The notes: a model not told the origin generated them from the letters alone. Shown: positions 38,306 through 48,055, counted from the stretch's first letter. The stretch is 64,000 nt of DNA from Nitrospiraceae bacterium (GCA_003599505.1 QZKO01000014.1:7774-71773), one strand, 5' to 3'. Made by a program: numbers and translations.

Positions 38306-39738
38306 GAAAGTATGTTTCTTGCCTCAATATTTAAATAATTATTATACTTTTTAAAAGTCATTATTTGATTCAAAGTCATCCATTTATAATTTTCAGGTAT
38401 ATCTATCAATGTGGAATCATCTATCTCGACTATCATGTTCTTGTTCTGCCAATGATAAAACCTTCCACCTTCTTCAGATTGGATAGAATAATATCTTATC
38501 CGGGTCGGGTCAGCACTTATAAAAATCTCCAGAAAAGGTGGTTTATTTGACTGCCGCATACGGTATGCAGCATCTGCGCATGATACCGTAGGAGCCATCT
38601 CAACGACGTCAAGATTCCCGGGTTCCGGCTTTCCCTGAACCAAAAAGTGGAGTACGTTGTGTATCTTCTTGACAAGAAAGCCTATCAGACCGTAGGAATA
38701 ATGCTTTAATAACGGCTGGGTCCACGTCAAAACCTCCCTGCTTCCAGCTGTTACCGAAACCGCGATCACGGAAAAGAATTGCCCGGATTCATGGTGAATT
38801 TCTTTATCAGTGCATATCCACCCGGATACCGCCTTCAAAGGGATATTCTCTACCTTCATATAATATTTTGTTTTTAATTCCGTGAACCAGCTGATTATTT
38901 CATCTGTATTGTGAAGGGCCCGCTTTTCGTCAATTATTGAAGTAAATATGTCTTTACAAAACCCTTGAAGTTTGCAGTCAAACAGTTCTATCTCGTCGGG
39001 CTCTCCTGACAGCAAATATTCATAACCCCGCCTCATCTCATCATTAATAAAGGGGATGCATGATATGACCGATCTGGTATCCATATTTACAAAATTATCA
39101 AGGGACAGAAGTCTCTTTATTTGTCCTAACGTAAGCCATTGGAAGTCATCGTACAATTGTATGTCTTCATCCACTTCAACTATCATATTCCGGTTCCGTT
39201 TGCGCAGAAAACGTGACCCCTGTTCTGACTGCAGCTGGTCTATGAGAATTGTTGATTTCGACCTGTCAAGAAAATACTCAAGATAAGCAGGCAGTTTACC
39301 TTTATGTACCTGAGTGTAGTTGCTTTTGGTGGCCTGAACCGTGGGCGACAGCTGGTTGATATTTATATTGCCGGGCTCCATCTTTGACTGCATAAGGAAA
39401 TACCTTATCCCATCAACCTTCTTTGTAACTATTCCCAGAATGCCGATCTCAGGCTGGTTGATGATAGGCTGTTCCCAGTCTTTAAAAGGGCCGAAATTAG
39501 TATGTACTCTGATGCCCTCAACTTTGAAAAACTTCCCGGAAGCGTGAACAAGATTTTGCGAATCTTCTTCGAAATACCATTTGTCAAGTTTCTCAAATGA
39601 AATCTGTTCTACAGAAAATAAATTTGCTGTTTCCCTTGAATTAAACCAGTGAATAAAATCGTTTGTCTTCAGGAAACGATTTTCTTCCGTTAGAGCGGAC
39701 AAAAGGAAGCTGGATTCTTTAGATTTTGTGTTGAACAT
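38287..39738 (-). CDS. NDP-hexose 2,3-dehydratase (EvaA/TylX3/Hexose_dehydrat family), two tandem homologous domains
   Basis: An internal duplication is visible. HASGKFFKVEG...GILGIVTKKVDGIRYFLMQSKMEPGN (N-terminal half) parallels HESGQFFSVIA...GLIGFLVKKIHNVLHFLVQGKPEPGN (C-terminal half). The protein is about 480 aa, typical of the family. Confidence 0.6.
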   Translation of the reverse strand: MFNTKSKESSFLLSALTEENRFLKTNDFIHWFNSRETANLFSVEQISFEKLDKWYFEEDSQNLVHASGKFFKVEGIRVHTNFGPFKDWEQPIINQPEIGILGIVTKKVDGIRYFLMQSKMEPGNININQLSPTVQATKSNYTQVHKGKLPAYLEYFLDRSKSTILIDQLQSEQGSRFLRKRNRNMIVEVDEDIQLYDDFQWLTLGQIKRLLSLDNFVNMDTRSVISCIPFINDEMRRGYEYLLSGEPDEIELFDCKLQGFCKDIFTSIIDEKRALHNTDEIISWFTELKTKYYMKVENIPLKAVSGWICTDKEIHHESGQFFSVIAVSVTAGSREVLTWTQPLLKHYSYGLIGFLVKKIHNVLHFLVQGKPEPGNLDVVEMAPTVSCADAAYRMRQSNKPPFLEIFISADPTRIRYYSIQSEEGGRFYHWQNKNMIVEIDDSTLIDIPENYKWMTLNQIMTFKKYNNYLNIEARNILSCLSFI

Positions 39739-39752
39739 CTTTATCCGGAAAT

Positions 39753-40208
39753 CTAACTCTTTGTTTTTGTCGTGTAATTAAAGTTGTTCTTTACGGTTTC
39801 CATGTATTCTTCCCAGCTTCTAATTGATTTCGAAATATCATAATGCGTGTTAGCCAATACCACGCATACAGCATCGCCGGAAAAATCATAGATTCTTATA
39901 AAAATCATCCTGGGGATATAAAGTCCTCGAGTTGCATCATTCAACTCATATATCTCTGAATTAATTCCATCAGACAGGTTTATTTTAAACGAACCGGAAG
40001 AAGCAATAACAATTTGGTCGGTATCAACATGAGCATGTCCACCTCTTGGAGAGGAAATATGGTGCATATAGAAAATTCGTTTTATACTAATCGGAATATC
40101 AAATTCGCTCTCTATTGACGTCAAGGTGCCCCTCGAATCGGTAATAGATGGTAATACGATCCATTTGACATATTTTAAGCTTGGCTTTGAAATCTGTTTT
40201 GGCGACAT
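39753..40208 (-). CDS. FdtA/QdtA/WxcM-like cupin (sugar 3,4-ketoisomerase / epimerase-type)
   Basis: DSRGTL...RIFYMHHISSPRGGHAHVDTDQ...SGSFKINLSDG matches the FdtA-type RG.HAH...G......DG pattern. It is about 150 aa. Confidence 0.55.
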   Translation of the reverse strand: MSPKQISKPSLKYVKWIVLPSITDSRGTLTSIESEFDIPISIKRIFYMHHISSPRGGHAHVDTDQIVIASSGSFKINLSDGINSEIYELNDATRGLYIPRMIFIRIYDFSGDAVCVVLANTHYDISKSIRSWEEYMETVKNNFNYTTKTKS

Positions 40209-40234
40209 GATTCTTATAATACTATCTAAGCGAG

Positions 40235-41089
40235 CTATTTCTTATGACAAACAACGGTTTGAAAATATGTGCTTCGCATTAATCGACTTAACATAAATAT
40301 TCCCCACACCCCGCTCCGGAAAATGGCGTTGAATATGGGAGATTGAACAGGGGAATCGACTGCGGACAGAGGGAAATTATGAAAAAGTATTTTCTTGACG
40401 GACAATTCATTAATATGTAACAAATGGCTGAGAGAAGAAACATTGAAGTGATTGAGATGATGCCTGTTGTAGAGTCGTTCAAGAGGCATAGTACAGCCAA
40501 ATCGATGGAGCAAGCGTGAAATTCCATAAATAATTCCCCGATCGTTTACGGTCGTAATTATTACTAATCCGTTTGGAGAACATAATTCATAAAGACGCCT
40601 GGTGAATTTCTGAACATCTGCCACATGTTCTATAACGGCTGTGTTAACAACAACATCAAATTGCCGATTTAAATCAGCACTGAAAATATCAGCATGTAGA
40701 AAATGTACCCCTTCGACAGGAGAATTCTCATACAGGTCTATGCCGGTTAAGGATAACCTGTGATTTTTCTTTCGGAGAAACTTAAGAAAATCACCTCTCC
40801 CGCAACCTATATCGATAACAGAAGCATCAGGTTTGAAATTTGTAATAGATTTATTATACGTCTCGAACAGGGCAATATTAGGATTATTAAACCAATTAGC
40901 ATGTGAGACATTAAAATATTCAGAATCATATTCTTCAAAATTACCTTTAAGGTCGCTAAAGCAATGATCACAATTTGGGCAACGATAGAGGTTAAGGTCA
41001 GAAAAACTATACTCCATGAAACTCATTGCGCCACAAATTGTACAGTTTAATTCTTCAGCATTATTACTTTTTATCGCCATAGTATTCAT
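40235..41089 (-). CDS. Class I SAM-dependent methyltransferase with N-terminal Cys4 zinc ribbon
   Basis: CTICG...CPNCDHC supplies four Cys. VIDIGCGRGDFLKFL is motif I. Zn-ribbon methyltransferases occur among sugar C- and O-methyltransferases. Confidence 0.65.
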   Translation of the reverse strand: MNTMAIKSNNAEELNCTICGAMSFMEYSFSDLNLYRCPNCDHCFSDLKGNFEEYDSEYFNVSHANWFNNPNIALFETYNKSITNFKPDASVIDIGCGRGDFLKFLRKKNHRLSLTGIDLYENSPVEGVHFLHADIFSADLNRQFDVVVNTAVIEHVADVQKFTRRLYELCSPNGLVIITTVNDRGIIYGISRLLHRFGCTMPLERLYNRHHLNHFNVSSLSHLLHINELSVKKILFHNFPLSAVDSPVQSPIFNAIFRSGVWGIFMLSRLMRSTYFQTVVCHKK

Positions 41090-42026
41090 ATTTGTTTCTT
41101 ATGGTATATTGAGGTTTTTTATTCAGAGAAAGAAAAATCCTTCCAATGTATTCTCCAACCATACCCAGCATTATTAGCTGTATTCCACCGAAAATTGAAA
41201 TTGAAACAAACAAACTTGCAAAACCTACCGGCACATCGGGATTTATAAATCTTTCAATCGCAGTATAAATACCCAAAAGCAATCCAATAGTAGCAAATAT
41301 GAGTCCCAGGATAATTGATGTTCTCAATGGCAGGATAGAAAAATTGGTAAACATATTCATCCATAAGGAAATCAGCTTTTTGAATGTATACCCTGAACTT
41401 CCTTGTATTCGTTTCTGATGATCTACATCGATTTTACCGATATTATCCGTGATTTGAATTATTAAACCATCAATATAAGGAAATGGCGCCTCATATTTAA
41501 TAATTTCATTTACCAGAAATTTATTTAAAACCTTAAAACTTGAAAGATACAGGTCTCTTGGTTTCCCTAACATGAGGTTGGCAACCTTGTCATTAAGCCA
41601 GCTTCCCAGATTTCTGAAAAAATTATGCCTTTTTTTTTCGTAATGCGAATATACTACATCATAATCATTATCCAGGGAGGCCTTTACAAGTTTCAAAACT
41701 TCACTTATTGGGTTCTGGAAATCGTCATCCATGATAACTGTATAATCGCCGGTTACATTGTTTAATCCTGCCATTACCGCGCTGTGTTCACCAACGTTTT
41801 TTGACAAGGAATAAAATTTCACGATCTCTTTATTTTTCTCGAACAAGGATATACACACTTCATCCGAGTTGTCTCGCGAATTATCATTAACAAGAATAAT
41901 CTCAAGCCTGAAAAGGGGGACCAACTCTCTGATCAGTTCTTCAACCAGTCTGCTTATGGTTTTTTCAGAGTTATATACGGGAACAATAACAGATAATGAA
42001 GTTAACGAGGTGGTTTTGTTCATCAA
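41064..42026 (-). CDS. GT2 polyprenyl-phosphate glycosyltransferase with C-terminal TM hairpin (ArnC/GtrB-like)
   Basis: LSVIVPVYNSEKTIS...ILVNDNSRDNSDEV...IMDDDFQ is GT-A with a DXD motif. Two C-terminal TM helices (IILGLIFATIGLL.../GFASLFVSISIFGGIQLIMLG) follow. It is paralogous to 61101..62063. Confidence 0.75.
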   Translation of the reverse strand: MMNKTTSLTSLSVIVPVYNSEKTISRLVEELIRELVPLFRLEIILVNDNSRDNSDEVCISLFEKNKEIVKFYSLSKNVGEHSAVMAGLNNVTGDYTVIMDDDFQNPISEVLKLVKASLDNDYDVVYSHYEKKRHNFFRNLGSWLNDKVANLMLGKPRDLYLSSFKVLNKFLVNEIIKYEAPFPYIDGLIIQITDNIGKIDVDHQKRIQGSSGYTFKKLISLWMNMFTNFSILPLRTSIILGLIFATIGLLLGIYTAIERFINPDVPVGFASLFVSISIFGGIQLIMLGMVGEYIGRIFLSLNKKPQYTIRNKYEYYGDKK

Positions 42027-42132
42027 TTTTCATTAATTATAACAAATAAATCAAAAACAAGAAAGCGTTTGCCGTGTATTAGAGACTATTACACTTCCGA
42101 CTTAATGTACGTGTGACTTTACGGCGGTTCCA

Positions 42133-42160
42133 TATAATTCTCTCTTTCGGGAAAGAGAGG
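42133..42160 (+). promoter_or_regulatory. Candidate -10 box (TATAAT) immediately followed by a strong hairpin in the divergent GT2/GT2 intergenic region
   Basis: TATAAT lies at 42133-42138. CTCTCTTTC-GG-GAAAGAGAG gives a stem of about 9 bp at 42141-42160. A -35-like GTGACT lies 14 nt upstream, which is suboptimal spacing. Confidence 0.25.
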
Positions 42161-42283
42161 GTCAGGACTGTTGCGTCAAATAACATAGATATTACAAATA
42201 ATCATCAGGTAGCATTTAGTTTGCTAATAAGTATATAATATACATAGTTAAATTTAAATTGTTAATGAATCAGATTAGCCAGT

Positions 42284-42997
42284 TTGAATAATAGTTCAGA
42301 TAAGCCATCCATAGCCGTATTTTTCCCTGTATACAAAGATGAGGGCACAGTTGAGAAAGTCGCAATGAAAGCCCTAAGAGTCTTGTCTGATATAGCCTCT
42401 CAGTATAAAGTTATTATTGTTGATGACGGAAGTCCTGACAGGTCAGGAGAAATCGCTGATCGATTGGCAGCAAGATATCCGGAAGTACAATCTGTACATC
42501 ATGATAATAATCTTGGATATGGCGCTGCCCTTAAAACGGGTTTTAAATATTCACTTGGTTATGAGTGGATTTGCTTCACAGACGGGGATGATCAGTATGA
42601 TGTTAACGAATTGTATCATTTATCAAAGTTGTTTCATCACTTTGACCTGATTGTAACGTTCCGTTACTCAAAAATATATGGAACACTAAGGACGTTTATG
42701 TCTTTTGTATATAATTTTGTTATTAGATGGTTATTTAAGTCTCATTTACGTGATCATAACTGTGGATTAAAAGTAATCCGCTCAAATGTTGTTAAAGATA
42801 TGGAGCTAATTTCAAATAGCGCATTTATTGGCGCGGAAATTGTCATTAATGCTATGGTAAGAGGATATCCTATTGGTGAAGCGGGAATAAGGACATATCC
42901 AAGAACCTTCGGCGAGTCGAGTGTTACGTCTGTTAAGAATATAGTCAATAGTATCCTTGATATGCTGAGGGTTTACAAGAAAATATTCAAACAATAA
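42284..42997 (+). CDS. GT2 polyprenyl-phosphate glycosyltransferase (Dpm1-like, soluble)
   Basis: IAVFFPVYKDEGTVE...IIVDDGSPDRSGEI...FTDGDDQY is GT-A with DXD. Confidence 0.7.
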   Translation: MNNSSDKPSIAVFFPVYKDEGTVEKVAMKALRVLSDIASQYKVIIVDDGSPDRSGEIADRLAARYPEVQSVHHDNNLGYGAALKTGFKYSLGYEWICFTDGDDQYDVNELYHLSKLFHHFDLIVTFRYSKIYGTLRTFMSFVYNFVIRWLFKSHLRDHNCGLKVIRSNVVKDMELISNSAFIGAEIVINAMVRGYPIGEAGIRTYPRTFGESSVTSVKNIVNSILDMLRVYKKIFKQ

Positions 42998-43150
42998 GAT
43001 TCAACAAACGAAGCCGGTAGCAGGGGAATCCATGAACTTGGAAAACTGCAGAAACGCTGAACTGCCCTTTTGAGGAAAGTTATATATGTTCTCCCGGAAA
43101 TTCCCGTAGAGCCTTTTTTAATTATCCTTTAAAGATATAAGAGATAACTG

Positions 43151-44548
43151 ATGAAAAATAAAAAAATATTATTAGTCAATCTTCCTTTTGAAAAAATATA
43201 TGAGAAAACATCATTAAAGGGGGTTGCTCCATCTACCCCTCCTTTGGGGCTGGCATGTATTGGCGGAAGTTTATTGCAAAACGGACATGAAGTGAAATTG
43301 TTTGATTTCAATATCTATGGAACGGGAGAATTCGTAAAAATATTGGAAGATTTTGCTCCGGATTTTGTGGGGATAACTTTTGTCACTCCTTTGATTAGAG
43401 AAGCCCAAAAAGTATCAGAGCTTGTTAAAAAAATCAATAGGAAAATTATTGTTATCGGCGGAGGGCCGCATTGTTCTTCTTTCCCCGAATCTTCTGTAAA
43501 AGAAGCATTATTAGATATCGGGGTCATTGGCGAGGGAGATTTTATCATAAATGAGATAGCTTCGGGAAAGGACCTTCAGCAGATAAAAGGCATAGCATAT
43601 AAAAAGGGGGATGAAATAATTACCAATGAGAGAGAAGACTTCATAAAAGACCTGGATTCACTTCCTTTTCCTGCCTACCCGCTTTATGAAAAAGAAAAAT
43701 ATAAAGTGCCCGCTGCAATCGCCCGGGAGAACCCCGTAGCATGGGTTGAAACCTCGAGAGGGTGCGTGTTTGGATGTATTTACTGCAATAAAAGCTGTTT
43801 TGGTAAAACTTTTCGCGTTAAATCCCCGGAAAGGATTGTTGAGGAGTTTGCTGAAGTAAAAAAATTGGGGTTCAGGGAAATTCATTTAACAGATGATGGT
43901 TTTACAACGAATATTAAACGTGCAAAGAGAATATGTGACTTATTGATTGAGTCAAAAGTGAATATTGGCTGGAGTACAATAACCGGTATCCGCGTAGACA
44001 GGGTCGATTTTGAATTGCTGGGCAAAATGCGGCAAGCCGGATGTTACCGGGTATACTTCGGAATCGAGTCAGGGAATCAAGAAATACTTAATAACATAAA
44101 GAAGGGAATAACTTTAGAACAAGTTAGAAAAGCCGTTGAATCGGCCAAAAAAGCAAAACTGGAAGTTGCGGGGTATTTCATGATAGGACTCCCCGGAGAA
44201 ACTGAAAAAACAATGCAGGATACAATCAGGTTTGCAAAATTACTTGATCTGGATCTGGCTAAAATAAGCATCACTATCCCTTTGCCCGCAACGGAAATAT
44301 TTAATGAACTGGATACAAAAGGCCTGATAAAAACTCATGACTGGGAAAAATTTAAATTTTATTCTACCCCTTCAACAATTTATGACCATCAAAACTTATC
44401 CTGGCCGACAATTGAGAAATACTATGCAAAGTTCTACAAGGAGATATACTTAAATCCTAAATTCATACTCAGAAGATTTAAAAACGGTTTAGTGAATAAA
44501 ACATTAATCGATGATTTTAAAATGTTCATACAAATGAAGTGGACTTGA
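43151..44548 (+). CDS. B12-binding-domain radical SAM enzyme (class B), paralog 2
   Basis: MKNKKILLVNLPFEK begins the B12-binding fold. SRGCVFGCIYCNK is CX3CX2C. Confidence 0.8.
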   Translation: MKNKKILLVNLPFEKIYEKTSLKGVAPSTPPLGLACIGGSLLQNGHEVKLFDFNIYGTGEFVKILEDFAPDFVGITFVTPLIREAQKVSELVKKINRKIIVIGGGPHCSSFPESSVKEALLDIGVIGEGDFIINEIASGKDLQQIKGIAYKKGDEIITNEREDFIKDLDSLPFPAYPLYEKEKYKVPAAIARENPVAWVETSRGCVFGCIYCNKSCFGKTFRVKSPERIVEEFAEVKKLGFREIHLTDDGFTTNIKRAKRICDLLIESKVNIGWSTITGIRVDRVDFELLGKMRQAGCYRVYFGIESGNQEILNNIKKGITLEQVRKAVESAKKAKLEVAGYFMIGLPGETEKTMQDTIRFAKLLDLDLAKISITIPLPATEIFNELDTKGLIKTHDWEKFKFYSTPSTIYDHQNLSWPTIEKYYAKFYKEIYLNPKFILRRFKNGLVNKTLIDDFKMFIQMKWT

Positions 44549-44610
44549 ATTGCATGGAAAAGATCGGAAAGCTCCCGCATGACTTCAGTGTCGGTAGAAC
44601 GGACGTTAAT

Positions 44611-46170
44611 TCAGCGACTTCGATTTTTCTTTAAATCGCAAAGATAAAAAGAATTGTTTTCAAATTCACACTCAAGCTTGCCCTGAAAATCATCGAATCT
44701 TAAATCAAAATCAATGTATTTCTTTTTGGCGATGACAATATATTTAGCATCAGAATCATATGCTTTATCGGGCGTAAAAGTGAAATGGTCCATCGCAAAA
44801 GATTTTCTGTCGGTATAAAGTGTCATTGCCCTCGGTTTATGAAAAATTATGGCATCGTCCTTGTTTGTATTTTTTTTAATATAGTTAAACATTTCTACAC
44901 TATCAGGCGAATATGGTCCGTCAACTACCTGGCCGCTTTTGTTGAAAATGATGCTCTTATAAGCCGTATGTAACATATAGACAAAGGAAATTAATATTAA
45001 TCCAATACAAAACAAATATGCAGCATTGATATTTGTAAACCTGACCTTATCAGATAAATCTAAAGATAAAGAAATACCTTTAAGTCCTGCGAATAGAAAA
45101 TATATGAAAAATGGGAATATAGGCATGACGTACCAGGGCGCCCTCGGCGGGAAAATAATGACTAAGACCAGGTTAAACAGAACATACCATATATACATAT
45201 AATCATCTTTCCTGTTGCGTATCATTCCTGAAACCACAAAAAATAGCATAATAAGATATAGAATTAAATGGATCTTATCGTAACCCAGGCCGAAGACGCT
45301 GTATTTTACGAACAGATAAGGGAAATACCGTGCCGGTAACACTATATAATATTTAATATTCATAATGATTGAAGATAATCTGATCTCATTAAAAAGTTTA
45401 TTCAAATGCCCGTACTCGCCCCCGGTAATGTCCTCGGATGAAAAAAACCAGACGCTTGCCGCATTGAGAACAAAGAAAATTATATAGGGCATAAACTTGA
45501 TCCTATCTGAAAATATAAAATTTCTGAGAGTGCCCCTATTGTGAAAAAATTGAGCACATAATAAAGTTGGCACAAGTAAAAATCCAAAGGGCCTTGTAAA
45601 GGATGAGAAGAACATAAAAAATCCGAGTAAGAAGTAACTTGTAGATTTGTTGATCCAGATTTTATCTGAAATAATAAATCGTTGAATAAGCAATAAGGTA
45701 GCTAATGAGAAAAACAGATACGGCATATCAGAAGAAATATGGTCCTTGAATTCAAAAAACCATGGATTAAATCCCAGAACTGCCGTCAGCAATAAACTTT
45801 GCAGGTTGTCTAATTTATCCCGTAAGAGTAAAAAAAGTGACAATAAAGATAACGAAAAAAAGAATACAAGATATATTTTCATTGCATGGACGTCTAATCC
45901 GAAGACATGATATACAGGGCTTAATAAAAGGCAAGTGCCCCATTCACCGTCTACAGGCCCAATCCACAACGTTGAATTTTTCACCCTATATTTGTTAATA
46001 GATATAAATTCATCCATTGTACCCTCAGCTATACTCTTTGCTGCACTTATGAATGAAGCAAAATCGTCTCCCCAATCATGTCCATCTGTAAGGCTAACAA
46101 CATTGATGATAAAAACAAATAAGAGGAGCAAGAATAATGCTGCATAAGTTTTTTTATTATCTAAAGCCAT
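44611..46170 (-). CDS. Polytopic membrane protein with periplasmic C-terminal domain (possible GT-C-like transferase)
   Basis: It has about 12 TM helices. The N-terminal loop DGHDWGDDFASFISAAKSIAEG is acidic and aromatic-rich. Confidence 0.4.
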   Translation of the reverse strand: MALDNKKTYAALFLLLLFVFIINVVSLTDGHDWGDDFASFISAAKSIAEGTMDEFISINKYRVKNSTLWIGPVDGEWGTCLLLSPVYHVFGLDVHAMKIYLVFFFSLSLLSLFLLLRDKLDNLQSLLLTAVLGFNPWFFEFKDHISSDMPYLFFSLATLLLIQRFIISDKIWINKSTSYFLLGFFMFFSSFTRPFGFLLVPTLLCAQFFHNRGTLRNFIFSDRIKFMPYIIFFVLNAASVWFFSSEDITGGEYGHLNKLFNEIRLSSIIMNIKYYIVLPARYFPYLFVKYSVFGLGYDKIHLILYLIMLFFVVSGMIRNRKDDYMYIWYVLFNLVLVIIFPPRAPWYVMPIFPFFIYFLFAGLKGISLSLDLSDKVRFTNINAAYLFCIGLILISFVYMLHTAYKSIIFNKSGQVVDGPYSPDSVEMFNYIKKNTNKDDAIIFHKPRAMTLYTDRKSFAMDHFTFTPDKAYDSDAKYIVIAKKKYIDFDLRFDDFQGKLECEFENNSFYLCDLKKNRSR

Positions 46171-46404
46171 AATAAACGGTCAATCCTCAGGTCTGAGATC
46201 CCTTCATTGGAGTTTGTTGAAGCTTCTGAAGTCCCTGGAACAAGCAGTCCTTATCGAACTGAAATGCGTATATATTCTGAATTTCCTTATCCCTCTTTGC
46301 CGGCGCAAATATAATATTAAAGATTAATATAATTACAAGAAAATTGCAAAAACAGTTGATAATGCCCTGTTACATCAAATAATATTTGAAATGAAATGAT
46401 AATC

Positions 46405-46435
46405 GTTGCCTCATGCATGAATTATTTGAGGCAAC
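46405..46435. promoter_or_regulatory. Perfect 9-bp inverted repeat (GTTGCCTCA-N13-TGAGGCAAC) in the 445-bp divergent intergenic region
   Basis: It was read directly from the sequence. The loop contains ATGCAT. There is no adjacent T-tract, so it is not a terminator. It lies between the divergent starts at 46170 and 46616. Confidence 0.25.
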
Positions 46436-46615
46436 AATTAGCATTCATCGCAATTTTGCAGGCAATACGGTTGCTGTATTTTTTTTAACGATAACGATGT
46501 TATAATTAAATAACTTCTTCTTACCTTATGAGCAGACCATGAACGGGTTGTTTTATTCTCTGTATACTAAATTAAGGCGGTACCTAAATCTAATTCATCA
46601 GCAGGGTTAAAAATC

Positions 46616-48046
46616 ATGGTCTTTAGTTCAACAATTTTTTTATTCGGGTTTTTGCCTCTTATTCTATTTCTTTATTATATCTCACCTAAAGTTTCAAAAA
46701 ATATTGTTCTGTTAAGTGGGAGCTTGATCTTCTATGCATGGGGGGAAGTTTTTTATGTGTTAGTTATGATCTCATCAATTATCTTCAATTATGTATTGGG
46801 AATTTTTATTAACCGGCCCTCCAGAAAAAAAATATATTTAAGTGTGGGAGTTATTGGGAATCTCATTCTATTAGGAACATTCAAGTATGCCAATTTTATA
46901 ATTGACAATTTCAATTCAGTTCTCAACCGGATGAATTTAGATTCAATTTCAATTGAACCAGTGCACCTTCCAATAGGCATTTCTTTTTTTACGTTCCACT
47001 CTATTTCCTATTTGGTTGATGTGTACAGAAGGAAATCCCCTGCTCAAAAGAACATATTTGATTTTGCCTTGTATATTTCACTATTTCCACAGTTAATTGC
47101 CGGGCCGATTATTCGTTATCATGATATCGCATCTCAGATTATAAACAGATCCCATTCAATAATTTTGATATCTTCCGGCATCCAGCGATTTGTTTTCGGA
47201 CTGGCAAAAAAAATGTTAATCGCTAACCCTCTCGGTGAGGTGGCAGATAAAATATTTGCATTGCCGGCCGACAGATTGTCTTCATCAATTACATGGTTGG
47301 GTATATTATGTTATACACTCCAAATTTATTTTGACTTTTCCGGCTATTCGGATATGGCGATTGGTTTGGCCAGGATGTTCGGTTTTCATTTATTGGAAAA
47401 TTTTAATTATCCATATATTTCCAAATCCATACAAGAGTTTTGGAGAAGATGGCATATTTCATTGTCAACGTGGTTTCGTGACTACTTGTATATACCCCTT
47501 GGAGGGAACCGGGTTTCGCCTTCCCGGGTATATTTTAATCTCTTTTTAGTCTTTATCCTCTGCGGACTTTGGCACGGAGCAAGCTGGAATTTTATTGTTT
47601 GGGGATTGATTCACGGTCTATTCCTGATAACCGAACGGGTTGGGTTCACGCAGTTTCTGGAGAAATTATGGAGACCAATCAGGCATGGGTATGCAATGAT
47701 TATTGTAGCCACAGCATGGGTGTTCTTCAGGTCTGATACTATATCGTTTGCATTACATTACGTATCTGTAATGTTTGGTATTAATAATCCATCCCGTTCA
47801 TTTTATACTATTGAAATGTTTTTAACTAATGAAGTAATAATCTCATTATTATTTGGAATAATGTTCGCTACCCCACTTTACAGTTTCATTTCAGAAAACT
47901 TAAAATTAAATTATTATAAGAACCACATAAAAGCCGTGCCCTATTATTACGCTCCAAAGATGCTGTTAATATGTATATTGCTGTTTATTTCAATATTAAA
48001 AGTTACTTCATCAACTTATAGTCCGTTTCTTTATTTCAGGTTTTAA
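46616..48046 (+). CDS. MBOAT-family membrane-bound O-acyltransferase (AlgI/DltB-like)
   Basis: It has about 10 TM segments. The conserved MBOAT His is in FWRRWHISLSTWFRDYLYIPLGGNR. Confidence 0.75.
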   Translation: MVFSSTIFLFGFLPLILFLYYISPKVSKNIVLLSGSLIFYAWGEVFYVLVMISSIIFNYVLGIFINRPSRKKIYLSVGVIGNLILLGTFKYANFIIDNFNSVLNRMNLDSISIEPVHLPIGISFFTFHSISYLVDVYRRKSPAQKNIFDFALYISLFPQLIAGPIIRYHDIASQIINRSHSIILISSGIQRFVFGLAKKMLIANPLGEVADKIFALPADRLSSSITWLGILCYTLQIYFDFSGYSDMAIGLARMFGFHLLENFNYPYISKSIQEFWRRWHISLSTWFRDYLYIPLGGNRVSPSRVYFNLFLVFILCGLWHGASWNFIVWGLIHGLFLITERVGFTQFLEKLWRPIRHGYAMIIVATAWVFFRSDTISFALHYVSVMFGINNPSRSFYTIEMFLTNEVIISLLFGIMFATPLYSFISENLKLNYYKNHIKAVPYYYAPKMLLICILLFISILKVTSSTYSPFLYFRF

Positions 48047-48055
48047 CGGCGGTTT

